Of a stretch of 64,000 bases of DNA, positions 50,129 to 58,769 are shown piece by piece. The DNA comes from Deferribacterales bacterium. Its GTDB lineage: Bacteria > Chrysiogenota > Deferribacteres > Deferribacterales > Geovibrionaceae. The notes beneath the pieces are model-generated. The model was not told where the DNA came from. It saw nothing but the letters and a program-made list of their open reading frames with translations, and did not search any database. Within the stretch, counting starts at the first letter, position 1, and each line of letters opens with the position of its first letter. The translations under genes and the position numbers were made by a program. Location of the stretch: assembly GCA_050251875.1 (NCBI GenBank), contig JBFWMA010000004.1:192001-256000 (forward strand), read 5' to 3'.

Positions 50129-50783
50129 CTTGTCCATGCTCTTCGGTATGGAATTTTCTCATAAGTACTGGCACGTCACCATGACATTCATCGTGGTCCT
50201 GCTTGTGCTTTATGTAGGCAGTTTTGCTCTGAAACACCGCTCAGAGGTTCCCGGCAGGGGACAGAACACTGTAGAGCTCCTTGTGAAAGGCGTCTATGGA
50301 ATGTGCGATGACGTTATGGGGCATCACGGCAGACCTTACATACCTCTTATTTTCGGTATCGGTCTCTATGTAGCTTTTTCCAACCTGCTGGGTATTATCC
50401 CCGGCTTTATGGCTCCCACAGCCAACCTGAACTCCACAGCGGCTCCCGCTCTGGTTGTTTTCTTTGTTTATCAGTACATCGGCTTTAAAAAGCACGGCGT
50501 ACACTATATCAAGCATTTCCTCGGACCGGTGGGCTGGCTCGCTCCCCTGATGCTCATCATCGAGCTTATCGGACACTTCGCCAGACCTCTGTCGCTGTCC
50601 ATGAGGCTTTTCGGTAACATCTTCGGTGAAGACCTCGTTATCATCATCCTCTTTATGCTTGTTCCTTTTCTGGTTCCGCTGCCCATGTTTTTCCTGGGTA
50701 TATTCACATCCGTTCTTCAGGCGTATGTGTTTATGATGCTGTCTATGATCTATATCAGTGGTGCACTTGAAGAAGCACACTAA
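50112..50783 (+). CDS. atpB: F0F1 ATP synthase subunit a
   Basis: [28 protein letters not shown] and LQAYVF. Confidence 0.96.
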   Translation: MEHPLNLSMLFGMEFSHKYWHVTMTFIVVLLVLYVGSFALKHRSEVPGRGQNTVELLVKGVYGMCDDVMGHHGRPYIPLIFGIGLYVAFSNLLGIIPGFMAPTANLNSTAAPALVVFFVYQYIGFKKHGVHYIKHFLGPVGWLAPLMLIIELIGHFARPLSLSMRLFGNIFGEDLVIIILFMLVPFLVPLPMFFLGIFTSVLQAYVFMMLSMIYISGALEEAH

Positions 50784-50809
50784 GAGATATAACTTTTATG
50801 GAGGACAAA

Positions 50810-51130
50810 ATGTCTAAGCTTGTAAGAATCGTTCTTTCTGTAGCTGCTCTTTTCGCAGTTGCAAGCGTAGCTTCCGCCGCAGAAGGCGAAGTTGCTGCTG
50901 ACACAGCCCTTTGGGCAAAATACATCGGTGCAGGTCTTGCTATCGGTGTTGCAGCTCTTGGTACAGGTATTGGCCAGGGTAACGCTATTAAAGGTGCCGT
51001 TGAAGGTATTTCCCGTAACCCCAGCGCTGCTGGTAAAATCTCTTCAACAATGATCATCGGTCTTGCTCTGATCGAGTCACTTGCTATTTACGCACTTGTT
51101 GTAGCTCTTATCCTTCTCTTCGTAGTTTAA
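50810..51130 (+). CDS. atpE: F0F1 ATP synthase subunit c with signal-like N-terminal extension
   Basis: GAGLAIG...GIGQG, RNP and IESLAIY; GGAGG SD before ATG 50810. Confidence 0.95.
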   Translation: MSKLVRIVLSVAALFAVASVASAAEGEVAADTALWAKYIGAGLAIGVAALGTGIGQGNAIKGAVEGISRNPSAAGKISSTMIIGLALIESLAIYALVVALILLFVV

Positions 51131-51149
51131 TAGCTTACAAAAACAAATT

Positions 51150-51176
51150 AAAGGCGGACAACAGTCCGCCTTTTTT
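51150..51176 (+). terminator. Intrinsic terminator after atpE
   Basis: AAAGGCGGAC/GTCCGCCTTT stem plus T tract. Confidence 0.8.
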
Positions 51177-51204
51177 CCAACCAATGAATCGTTAGGGGGT
51201 TGCC

Positions 51205-52704
51205 ATGTGGCAAAAGCTGAAAGAGTTTAGCAAAAATGATCCTCTTATCTTCACAATCATTCTCGCTGTAATTATCGTAGCAGGCGGTTTCGGTTCCGTT
51301 CAGATGATGCACATGACAAGCACAGCAAAGTTCTGTAAAACCTGCCACCCTAAAGAGAGTGCTGAAGTAAGAGGCGAGTACTATACCTATCGTATAGGTA
51401 TCCACAGCGAGGCCGGCGTAAGCTGTCTCGACTGTCACGGAGCGCCGGGAATGCAGGGCTATCTTCAGGCCCACGTTGTAGCCGGTATGAGAAGTATGTA
51501 TCATGAGCTCTTCACATCAGAAGAGCAGGTAGTGAAAGATCTCACAGAGTTCGCTTCTGATCCTGAGAAAGCCGCTCACGCCGCTTCTCTGGACTCCTGC
51601 ATATTCTGTCACTCAGACGCTGCGAACGCAGACATGCGCCGCAACAGAGTGATAAAAATCGCAGGCGAATTCAGAGCCATTGACGAAGTAATCAACCCCG
51701 CTTACCGCAAGGAATTCGGGAGACCTGATATAATGACAGAAGGCACTATAGCCGGTGTCGATCCTAACCACGCTGCCCACATGAAAGCAGGCGTAACCTG
51801 CTTCAACTGCCACTTAGGCATTGGTCACAGCGGTGTTAAAGATCACAAACCCGCTATGGAAACATGCTTTAAATGTCACGATGAAGTCAGAAAAGATGTC
51901 AAAGTTCCCGCAAACGAAGACTGCGCGGCATGTCACACCATGCAGAAAGGCGTTCAGCAGGGAACATATGTCAAAGCTGTGCAGGGCGATGCATGGTATA
52001 TGGCTGACCTGAACTGTTCTGACTGCCACGACTCAGCATTTACCAGACCCACAGAAGAAAAATGCGCTACTTGCCACGATGCTTCATATTCTCAGCTGAT
52101 GAAAGATACTCAGGCTGACTATATGGCTAAGCTGAAAAAAGCTAAAGGCATCCGTGATAAATATCAGAAATTCTTCCCCGGTATGGAAGAAGGCAAAAAA
52201 GAGCTTTACCTTGAAATGAAAAACATCCTCAGAGTTCTGGAGAACGAAGGCTCAAAAGGCGTTCACAACCCCGAATACTTCGACATGCTTTTCAGCAAAG
52301 TGGAAGAGCTTGAAACTGCCATCAAAACATGGACTCCTCCTGTTGTGGAAAAAGAAGAACACCACGCTGTAAAACACGAGGAAGCTAAAGAAGAGCCCAA
52401 AGAGGAAGCCGCTCCCGCAGGACCCGTGAACACTGCTGAAGATATGGCTATGCTTGAGGGATCAGAGAGCATCAACCTGGCTGAGCGCCACGTTCCTACT
52501 CCCACTAAACCCGCTGTTATCTTCGACCACAAAGGACACGCCGAAAGAGTAGCATGCTCTGAGTGCCACAGCGAGCCCGGCGTTCTTAAGTTCGAGGTAA
52601 AAGAGGTTAAAGGCACTAAAAACGTTTTCCACGAGGAACTCTGCATTAAGTGTCACAAAGAGAAGAAAGTAAAAACTTCATGTAACAACTGTCACAAGAA
52701 GTAA
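51205..52704 (+). CDS. Membrane-anchored multiheme cytochrome c (11 CxxCH), NapC/NirT-like N-terminus and c3/c7-like C-terminus
   Basis: N-terminal TM then TS..FC..CH; motifs CKTCH, CLDCH, CIFCH, CFNCH, CFKCH, CAACH, CSDCH, CATCH, CSECH, CIKCH and CNNCH. Confidence 0.92.
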   Translation: MWQKLKEFSKNDPLIFTIILAVIIVAGGFGSVQMMHMTSTAKFCKTCHPKESAEVRGEYYTYRIGIHSEAGVSCLDCHGAPGMQGYLQAHVVAGMRSMYHELFTSEEQVVKDLTEFASDPEKAAHAASLDSCIFCHSDAANADMRRNRVIKIAGEFRAIDEVINPAYRKEFGRPDIMTEGTIAGVDPNHAAHMKAGVTCFNCHLGIGHSGVKDHKPAMETCFKCHDEVRKDVKVPANEDCAACHTMQKGVQQGTYVKAVQGDAWYMADLNCSDCHDSAFTRPTEEKCATCHDASYSQLMKDTQADYMAKLKKAKGIRDKYQKFFPGMEEGKKELYLEMKNILRVLENEGSKGVHNPEYFDMLFSKVEELETAIKTWTPPVVEKEEHHAVKHEEAKEEPKEEAAPAGPVNTAEDMAMLEGSESINLAERHVPTPTKPAVIFDHKGHAERVACSECHSEPGVLKFEVKEVKGTKNVFHEELCIKCHKEKKVKTSCNNCHKK

Positions 52705-52730
52705 CTTTAATCTCTCTGGCTTAACTAATC

Positions 52731-52758
52731 AAAAGGCGGTCTTATGACCGCCTTTTTT
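52731..52758 (+). terminator. Intrinsic terminator
   Basis: AAAAGGCGGTC/GACCGCCTTTT stem. Confidence 0.8.
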
Positions 52759-52820
52759 GTTGTCATATGCGGTAGGTTGTATTAGAAATAGTTATTATTC
52801 GTTTTTTTGGAGGGTAGAGT

Positions 52821-53399
52821 ATGATAGACGCCAGAGGCATAGCCTGTCCCCAGCCCGTTCTGATGATGAAAGCCGAACTGGACAAGATAAAAGAGGGTGT
52901 TGTCACCATTCTGGTGGATAACAAGGGCTCAAGCATAAATGTAAAGAACTTCTGCGAATCTAACGGATGCACAGTCACAGTGACAGAGAAGGACGGTGTT
53001 TTCAAAATAGACGCCGCCAAAGGATACACATGTGACGTGGTGGAAAAAGCCGAGAGCAAAGAGGCGAATATAGTCGTCTTCATCTCCGGCGAGTGTGTGG
53101 GCAGCGAGGAGCCTGAGCTTGGCAAGGCACTGATGAAAGGCTTTATAGGAAACCTGAAAAACGTGACCCCTCTGCTGAAAACACTGATACTGGTGAACAA
53201 CAGCGTGCGTTTTGTCACTGTGAACGAAGAGACAGTGCCCATGATACAGGAACTGGTGGATATGGGTGTTGAGGTGCTGGCGTGCGGCGCCTGCCTGAAC
53301 TATTTCAATCTGGTGGATGATCTGAAAACCGGAAAAGTGACAGACGCTCACACAGTGGCATCCAGACTCTTTGCCGCTGACAAGGTCGTGAGGCTATAA
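52821..53399 (+). CDS. YedF-type sulfur/selenium carrier (TusA/SirA + DsrE-like domains)
   Basis: IDARGIACPQPV, ELGKALMKGF and ACGACLNYF motifs. Confidence 0.85.
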   Translation: MIDARGIACPQPVLMMKAELDKIKEGVVTILVDNKGSSINVKNFCESNGCTVTVTEKDGVFKIDAAKGYTCDVVEKAESKEANIVVFISGECVGSEEPELGKALMKGFIGNLKNVTPLLKTLILVNNSVRFVTVNEETVPMIQELVDMGVEVLACGACLNYFNLVDDLKTGKVTDAHTVASRLFAADKVVRL

Positions 53400-53454
53400 A
53401 TATATTGAAAGCGGAATATAAACAGTTATATTTATGTAAAAACGAGGGTGAAAA

Positions 53455-54132
53455 TTGTTTCCGTTAAAAGATTCAATACCTTCGTCCAGATTTCCATACG
53501 TTAACTGGGCGATAATTCTGCTGAATATCTTTATTTTCGCGCGTATGCTGAATATGCCGGAGCAGGCTGAGAACAATATGATCTTCCAGCTCGGGCTGAT
53601 CCCTAAGCGTGTTTTTGTGGAGAGCGGGCTTCTGACATTTTCTGACAGAGTCATTCCATTCTTCACATCCATGTTCATGCACGGCGGATTCATGCATATC
53701 ATAGGTAACATGTACTTTCTGTATATCTTCGGCGACAACGTGGAGGACAGACTGGGACATGGAAAATATCTTATAATGTATATACTCTTCGGGCTGGCTG
53801 CCGCCTGTTCGCAGGTGGTTCTGTTTCCCGATTCGATAGTTCCCATGATAGGAGCCAGCGGAGCTGTGGCGGGCGTCATGGGGGCATATATGGTCTTTTA
53901 CCCGAAAGCAAGGGTTAAAACTCTGGTGATAATCATAATCTTCATCACCATAGTGGATATCCCCGCCGTGTTTTTCCTGCTGTTGTGGTTCTTTATGCAG
54001 TTCATAAACGGAGCCGGAGCGGGACACGGGGGCGTGGCATGGTGGGCGCACATAGGCGGTTTCATCGCCGGGCTGTTATATGCCGTGACACAGGTCAGAA
54101 ACAGAAACATAGAAGATTACCAGATAATTTGA
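53455..54132 (+). CDS. Rhomboid-family intramembrane serine protease
   Basis: MFMHGGFMHIIGNM, GDNVEDRLG, catalytic GASG and AHIGGF. Confidence 0.93.
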   Translation: MFPLKDSIPSSRFPYVNWAIILLNIFIFARMLNMPEQAENNMIFQLGLIPKRVFVESGLLTFSDRVIPFFTSMFMHGGFMHIIGNMYFLYIFGDNVEDRLGHGKYLIMYILFGLAAACSQVVLFPDSIVPMIGASGAVAGVMGAYMVFYPKARVKTLVIIIIFITIVDIPAVFFLLLWFFMQFINGAGAGHGGVAWWAHIGGFIAGLLYAVTQVRNRNIEDYQII

Positions 54133-54142
54133 GGGGGCGAGA

Positions 54143-54367
54143 ATGTGCTTGGGATTTCCCGGAAAGATAATCGAGCTGGATGAGTTCGGAGCTATAGTGG
54201 ACATAGGCGGAACAAAACGTGACGTATCCACCATGATGCTTCCCGATGAGGTGGTTGTGGGCGACTGGGTGATGGTTCACGCCGGAATGGCTATAGCCAA
54301 GATGGACGAGGAAGAGGCGGAAAAAACATTGCAGGTTTTAAGGGAACTCGCTGATGAACTTGATTGA
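54143..54367 (+). CDS. hypC: Hydrogenase maturation chaperone HypC
   Basis: MCLGFPG start and VGDWVMVHAG.A. Confidence 0.95.
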   Translation: MCLGFPGKIIELDEFGAIVDIGGTKRDVSTMMLPDEVVVGDWVMVHAGMAIAKMDEEEAEKTLQVLRELADELD

Positions 54368-55433
54368 GGGATTCAGAGATAAAGATATCTGCAAAAATCT
54401 GATAAAACAGATACATAAAGAGGCTGTGAAAGACAGCTACCGTTTTATGGAAGTCTGCGGAAGCCACACCATGGCGATCGCCAGACTGGGCATCAGAAGC
54501 CTGCTGCCGGAAAACGTGGCGCTGATATCCGGACCCGGATGTCCTGTGTGCGTTACTCCCCAAAGCGAGATAGACGGAGTTTTCCGTCTGGCTGAAAAGG
54601 GTGCAGTGATAACCACTTTCGGCGATATGATGAAAGTCCCCGGAAAACAGGGCGAAAACCTGATTCAGCTGAAAAGCGCCGGAGCGGATATCAGAGTGGT
54701 GTTTTCTCCGCTGGACAGCATTCAGGTGGCAAAGGACACGGGAAAAGAGACTGTGTTCATCGGCATCGGTTTCGAGACCACAGCCCCCGCTGTGGCGTCT
54801 CTGGCTTTGACAGCAAAAGCGCAGGGGATAAAGAACCTCTCCATCACGCCTTATAACAAAACAATGCCGGAGGTCTTAGACCTTCTGATTCAGGATAAAA
54901 ACCTGAATATAAACGGATTCGTCTGCCCGGGACACGTCACCGTGATAACCGGAACGTCACTCTATCAGCCTATGGTGGAGAACGGAATGGCGGCGGTCAT
55001 CACCGGTTTCGAGCCTGTGGACGTGCTGGCGTCTGTTCTGGAGATGGTCAGACAGGTGAACAGCGGAGAATACAGCATAAAGAACATGTACGGGCGGGTG
55101 GTGACCGAAGACGGCAACCCGAAGGCCAGACAGATTCTGGATACCGTATATGAGAAGAAGGGCTGTAACTGGCGGGGAATAGGATACATAGAAAACAGCG
55201 GTCTGGGATTCAGACCGGAATATAAAGAGTTCGATGCTTTCGACAGGTTCGGAGTGGATCTGGAGGGCGATGACGAGATGCCCGGATGCAGATGCGGAGA
55301 TGTTCTGAAAGGATACATCCGCCCGGACGCCTGTCCTCTTTTCGGCAGCGCCTGCACGCCCATGAACCCTGTGGGTCCATGCATGGTCTCATCAGAAGGC
55401 TCCTGCGCCGCCACATACAAATACGGAATATGA
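54354..55433 (+). CDS. hypD: Hydrogenase maturation protein HypD
   Basis: MEVCGSHT, GPGCPVC, GFETTAP, PGHV and GPCMVSSEGSC. Confidence 0.97.
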   Translation: MNLIEGFRDKDICKNLIKQIHKEAVKDSYRFMEVCGSHTMAIARLGIRSLLPENVALISGPGCPVCVTPQSEIDGVFRLAEKGAVITTFGDMMKVPGKQGENLIQLKSAGADIRVVFSPLDSIQVAKDTGKETVFIGIGFETTAPAVASLALTAKAQGIKNLSITPYNKTMPEVLDLLIQDKNLNINGFVCPGHVTVITGTSLYQPMVENGMAAVITGFEPVDVLASVLEMVRQVNSGEYSIKNMYGRVVTEDGNPKARQILDTVYEKKGCNWRGIGYIENSGLGFRPEYKEFDAFDRFGVDLEGDDEMPGCRCGDVLKGYIRPDACPLFGSACTPMNPVGPCMVSSEGSCAATYKYGI

Positions 55434-55448
55434 TTTTCGGAGACTAAC

Positions 55449-57206
55449 ATTCTACACGGCAACACCACTGGATTAAAACCACAGCAGATCAAAAGGCTGG
55501 AAAACCTTTACGGCAGAAAAGCCGGAATAACAGAAATAATCAACCCCGAGCTGGCAAAGGCTATGTGCTCCATCTCTATGGAGATCAACCGTCAGGTGGG
55601 GGTTCTGGCAGACAGAAAAGGCACGGTGGAGTTTGTCATCGTGGGAAACACGAACGGCATATTCATCCCGTCACTCAGCAGATTCCGGCTGGTGCCTGGC
55701 ACACTGCGGGGCATACGTCTTCTGCACACACACCTTTACAGAGAGAATCTGAACGATGACGACCTGACCGACCTCGCTCTGCTTCGTCTGGACAGCATCA
55801 CCGCTCTGTTCTTCGACAACGCCGGAAACCCCGGCGGCATGAAGACGGCGCATCTGCTTCCGCCGGATTCGGCAGAGATGTATCACTACATGGCGGATAC
55901 GGACGTTTACAGGCAGAAGACCGACTATCAGCACTTCATAGAAGAGCTGGAGAGCGAGATATCGTCCAAGACAAAGAAACTGCACAAGGTGGCGGACAAA
56001 ACACCCGCTCTGCTTGTGGGGTGCTATAAAATGAAGAGCCACGGCGAGGGCAACATGGCGGAGCTGAAAGAGCTCGCCAGAAGCGCGAATATGTATGTAG
56101 CCGGAGTTGTGGTTCAGGTGAAGGATCAGATACACCCGAAATATGTGGTGGGACCCGGAAAGCTGAAGGATATCGTCATAAAAGCCATGCAGAACGGAGC
56201 GGATTATCTGGTTTTCGACAACCCGCTGACGCCGGCGCAGGCAAAATCCATATCCGAGTTCACCGATCTGAAAATCATCGACAGACCTCAGCTCATTCTG
56301 GATATTTTCGCTAAACGGGCTAAGACCAACGATGGTAAGATCAGGGTGGAGCTGGCTCAGATGAAATATCTGCTCCCCAGGCTGACACAGAAGGATGACG
56401 CCCTTTCACGTCTGACAGGCGGAATAGGGGGCAGAGGACCCGGAAACACCAAGCTGGAGATAGACAAGAGGCGTGTGAACGAGCGTATCTCTTTTCTGTC
56501 CGACAAGCTGAAGAAGATAGAGAGAAACCGTGAGACCATGCGCTCTAAAAGAAACAGAAACGAGCTGCCCGTGGTCTCTATCATAGGATACACCAACGCC
56601 GGAAAATCGACCCTGCTGAACAACCTGACCCAGAGCGGCGTGTATGCGGACGACCTGATGTTCGCGACTCTGGACACCAGTTCAAAGAGGATACGCTTTC
56701 CCGAGGAGAAGGATGTCATCATCACAGACACTGTGGGATTCATCCGTGACCTTCCGGAAAACCTGAAAGGCGCTTTCAAGTCCACTCTGGAGGAGCTTTC
56801 GGAAGCCGATCTGCTTCTGCATGTGCTGGATGTGGCGTCTGAAGGATTCAACAGCAGAGCCCGCTCTGTGGAGCTGATACTCTCTGAACTCGATCTGGCT
56901 GACAAAGACAAAATATTGGTAATAAATAAAATAGACGCTCTGGAGCAGTTCGAGAAGGATTATCTGCTGACACGCCATGTGCCGGAGGGCGCTGATCCGG
57001 AAAAATATTCCAGAATTTTTGATGTTGAAAATCTGATAGAGCGGTATAATAAAGTGTGTATGGTAAGCGCACTGGACAGAACCACATTCAGGGAACTGCT
57101 GGAGCTTATCAGACTGTCCCTCTTTTCCGGCGGAAAAGAGGTTTTAATTGATATCGAAACTTATTTTGGATTGAGGGAGTTCAATGGAGAATCTGACACC
57201 TTCTGA
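55449..57206 (+). CDS. hflX: GTPase HflX (long form), probable ATT start
   Basis: LILDIFA.RA, GGRGPG, GYTNAGKS, FATLD, DTVGFI and NKID; conserved-looking N-terminus (HGNTTGLK...KRLE) runs 38 codons upstream of the first ATG at 55563. Confidence 0.9.
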   Translation: MLHGNTTGLKPQQIKRLENLYGRKAGITEIINPELAKAMCSISMEINRQVGVLADRKGTVEFVIVGNTNGIFIPSLSRFRLVPGTLRGIRLLHTHLYRENLNDDDLTDLALLRLDSITALFFDNAGNPGGMKTAHLLPPDSAEMYHYMADTDVYRQKTDYQHFIEELESEISSKTKKLHKVADKTPALLVGCYKMKSHGEGNMAELKELARSANMYVAGVVVQVKDQIHPKYVVGPGKLKDIVIKAMQNGADYLVFDNPLTPAQAKSISEFTDLKIIDRPQLILDIFAKRAKTNDGKIRVELAQMKYLLPRLTQKDDALSRLTGGIGGRGPGNTKLEIDKRRVNERISFLSDKLKKIERNRETMRSKRNRNELPVVSIIGYTNAGKSTLLNNLTQSGVYADDLMFATLDTSSKRIRFPEEKDVIITDTVGFIRDLPENLKGAFKSTLEELSEADLLLHVLDVASEGFNSRARSVELILSELDLADKDKILVINKIDALEQFEKDYLLTRHVPEGADPEKYSRIFDVENLIERYNKVCMVSALDRTTFRELLELIRLSLFSGGKEVLIDIETYFGLREFNGESDTF

Positions 57207-57546
57207 GGTCATACAGTTCAGAGCTGAATGCTACAGTATGGGTGACGGCAGAGGCGTTTTCAGCCTCTATGCCGAGAGAAGCGACATGTGCAGGCTGTTC
57301 ACCGAGGACAGCTTTGACGAGCATTTCAGCCGCCAGGTGAAGAACAGCATGCATGCCGGTCTGAAAATCATAGATGAAAACATCAAGTCCAGTCTGGCAG
57401 AGGTCAAATATATCGAATATATTCATGACGAAGGTATGCTTCTGACTTATTATTCAAAAACATCAATGGTTAAAGAAGAAAACAGGTGGAAGATACTGAA
57501 AGAAATCAGAGAGATCAAAAAACACCCGATGGAAGTCGCTGACTGA
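57184..57546 (+). CDS. Hypothetical protein, possibly YchJ/NTF2-like
   Basis: 120 aa, GGGAG SD, TP..VI..R...Y..GD start and E..RW near the C-terminus. Confidence 0.55.
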   Translation: MENLTPSEVIQFRAECYSMGDGRGVFSLYAERSDMCRLFTEDSFDEHFSRQVKNSMHAGLKIIDENIKSSLAEVKYIEYIHDEGMLLTYYSKTSMVKEENRWKILKEIREIKKHPMEVAD

Positions 57547-57624
57547 TTCAAAAAAATCAGGTTTTTTTAAAATTACTGCTTGAAAAATCAAATAGAATAT
57601 CATATAACTATTCCCTGCTTATAC

Positions 57625-57713
57625 GGAGGAGTGTCCGAGTCTGGCTTAAGGAGGCGGTCTTGAAAACCGTTGAACGAGCGATCGTTCCGTGGGTTCGAAT
57701 CCTACCTCCTCCG
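57625..57713 (+). tRNA. tRNA-Ser (anticodon TGA), CCA not encoded
   Basis: Acceptor GGAGGAG/CTCCTCC, loop CTTGAAA, long variable arm, GGTTCGAATCC. Confidence 0.95.
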
Positions 57714-57729
57714 TTTTTTTAGTTTGTTA

Positions 57730-57821
57730 GGAGTGGTGGCCGAGCTAGGCCGAAGGCGCTCGCCTGCTAAGCGAGTATACGGCATTAAACCGTATCGAGG
57801 GTTCGAATCCCTCCCACTCCG
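57730..57821 (+). tRNA. tRNA-Ser (anticodon GCT), CCA not encoded
   Basis: Acceptor GGAGTGG/CCACTCC, arm CTCGC-CTGCTAA-GCGAG, long variable arm, GGTTCGAATCC. Confidence 0.95.
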
Positions 57822-57849
57822 TATGTTCTGTTAATTTCCAGAGGACAAT

Positions 57850-58392
57850 ATGAAAAAAATAATAAGCGCACTTATCGTTTCTATGTTTTTGTTTTCTTGC
57901 TCACAGGGTGTAGTTGATGAAAAACAGGAAGCTCAGGCGCCCGCCGTTCAGAAAGAAACTCCCGCTAATCCCCACGAAGGAATGAGCACCGATGACGCTC
58001 AGGAAGATCCCCACGCCAATGTGAAAAAAGAGAGAAAGGTCACCGTACCCGCCTCTGTTACAGATAAATATAAAAGTCTGATAGTAGAAGTGAAAAACAA
58101 AAAAGAGAATACAACCGTTCAGGCGGATATTCTCATCGGTCAGAAAGCTGAAGTGACAGGCACTCCCTTTACTATCGAGATAGAATATTATCTCCCTGAT
58201 TTCGTCATAGACACAGACGGAACTATAACCACCAGAACCGCTGACGAAAAAAACCCCGTAGCGAAGATCAAGGTTTATAAGTTCAACGAAGTTTTCTTTG
58301 ACGGATGGCTGTTCAAGGAACATCCCGATGAGCACGGCTCTTTCAAAGATGAGCTCTACAGCATCTCAATCGTAAAATCTCTTCTGAAATAA
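57850..58392 (+). CDS. Lipoprotein, DUF2155-like
   Basis: Lipobox LFSC, low-complexity NPH/DPH linker, NP.A.I.V and FDGWLF motifs. Confidence 0.65.
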   Translation: MKKIISALIVSMFLFSCSQGVVDEKQEAQAPAVQKETPANPHEGMSTDDAQEDPHANVKKERKVTVPASVTDKYKSLIVEVKNKKENTTVQADILIGQKAEVTGTPFTIEIEYYLPDFVIDTDGTITTRTADEKNPVAKIKVYKFNEVFFDGWLFKEHPDEHGSFKDELYSISIVKSLLK

Positions 58393-58417
58393 CTCTTCAG
58401 ACAATGTGATAAAAAAT

Positions 58418-58444
58418 AAGGCGGTCATTTGACCGCCTTTTTTT
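58418..58444 (+). terminator. Intrinsic terminator
   Basis: AAGGCGGTCA/TGACCGCCTT stem plus T tract. Confidence 0.8.
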
Positions 58445-58761
58445 GTTTGGATCGATGAAGTTAAACTCCATGGATGGAGTTCTCGGAGCGAGCGAACAAT
58501 GCTTTTAGCAATGTGAGCAAGCATAGAGTGAGCGCAGTGAGGCTCTGCCGAAACTGAGCGGTGTCAAAATTTTTCTCAGGACGGAAAAATTTTGTTTGGA
58601 CCGATGAAGTTAAACTCCATGGATGGAGTTCTCGGAGCGAGCGAACAATGCTTTTAGCAATGTGAGCAAGCATAGAGTGAGCGCAGTGAGGCTTTGCCGA
58701 AACTGAGCGGTGTCAAAATTTTTCTCAGGACGGAAAAATTTTGTTTGGACCGATGATGTTA
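58441..58761 (+). repeat. 149-bp tandem repeat, two full units plus ~20 bp; copies C and D of the structured repeat family
   Basis: GTTTGGA(T/C)CGATGA recurs at 58445, 58594 and 58743; the two units differ at two positions seen by eye. Confidence 0.95.
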
Positions 58762-58769
58762 CAGTCTTA

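Noticed and set aside
55431..55451. HypD-HflX fusion by TGA readthrough or Sec insertion (frames coincide)
   Set aside because: HypD ends at its normal C-terminus, no SECIS-like hairpin is evident, and an SD-ATT start is the simpler explanation.
58441..58761. CRISPR array (three short repeats with intervening sequence)
   Set aside because: The intervening segments are ~130 bp and near-identical rather than unique spacers, and no cas genes are present.
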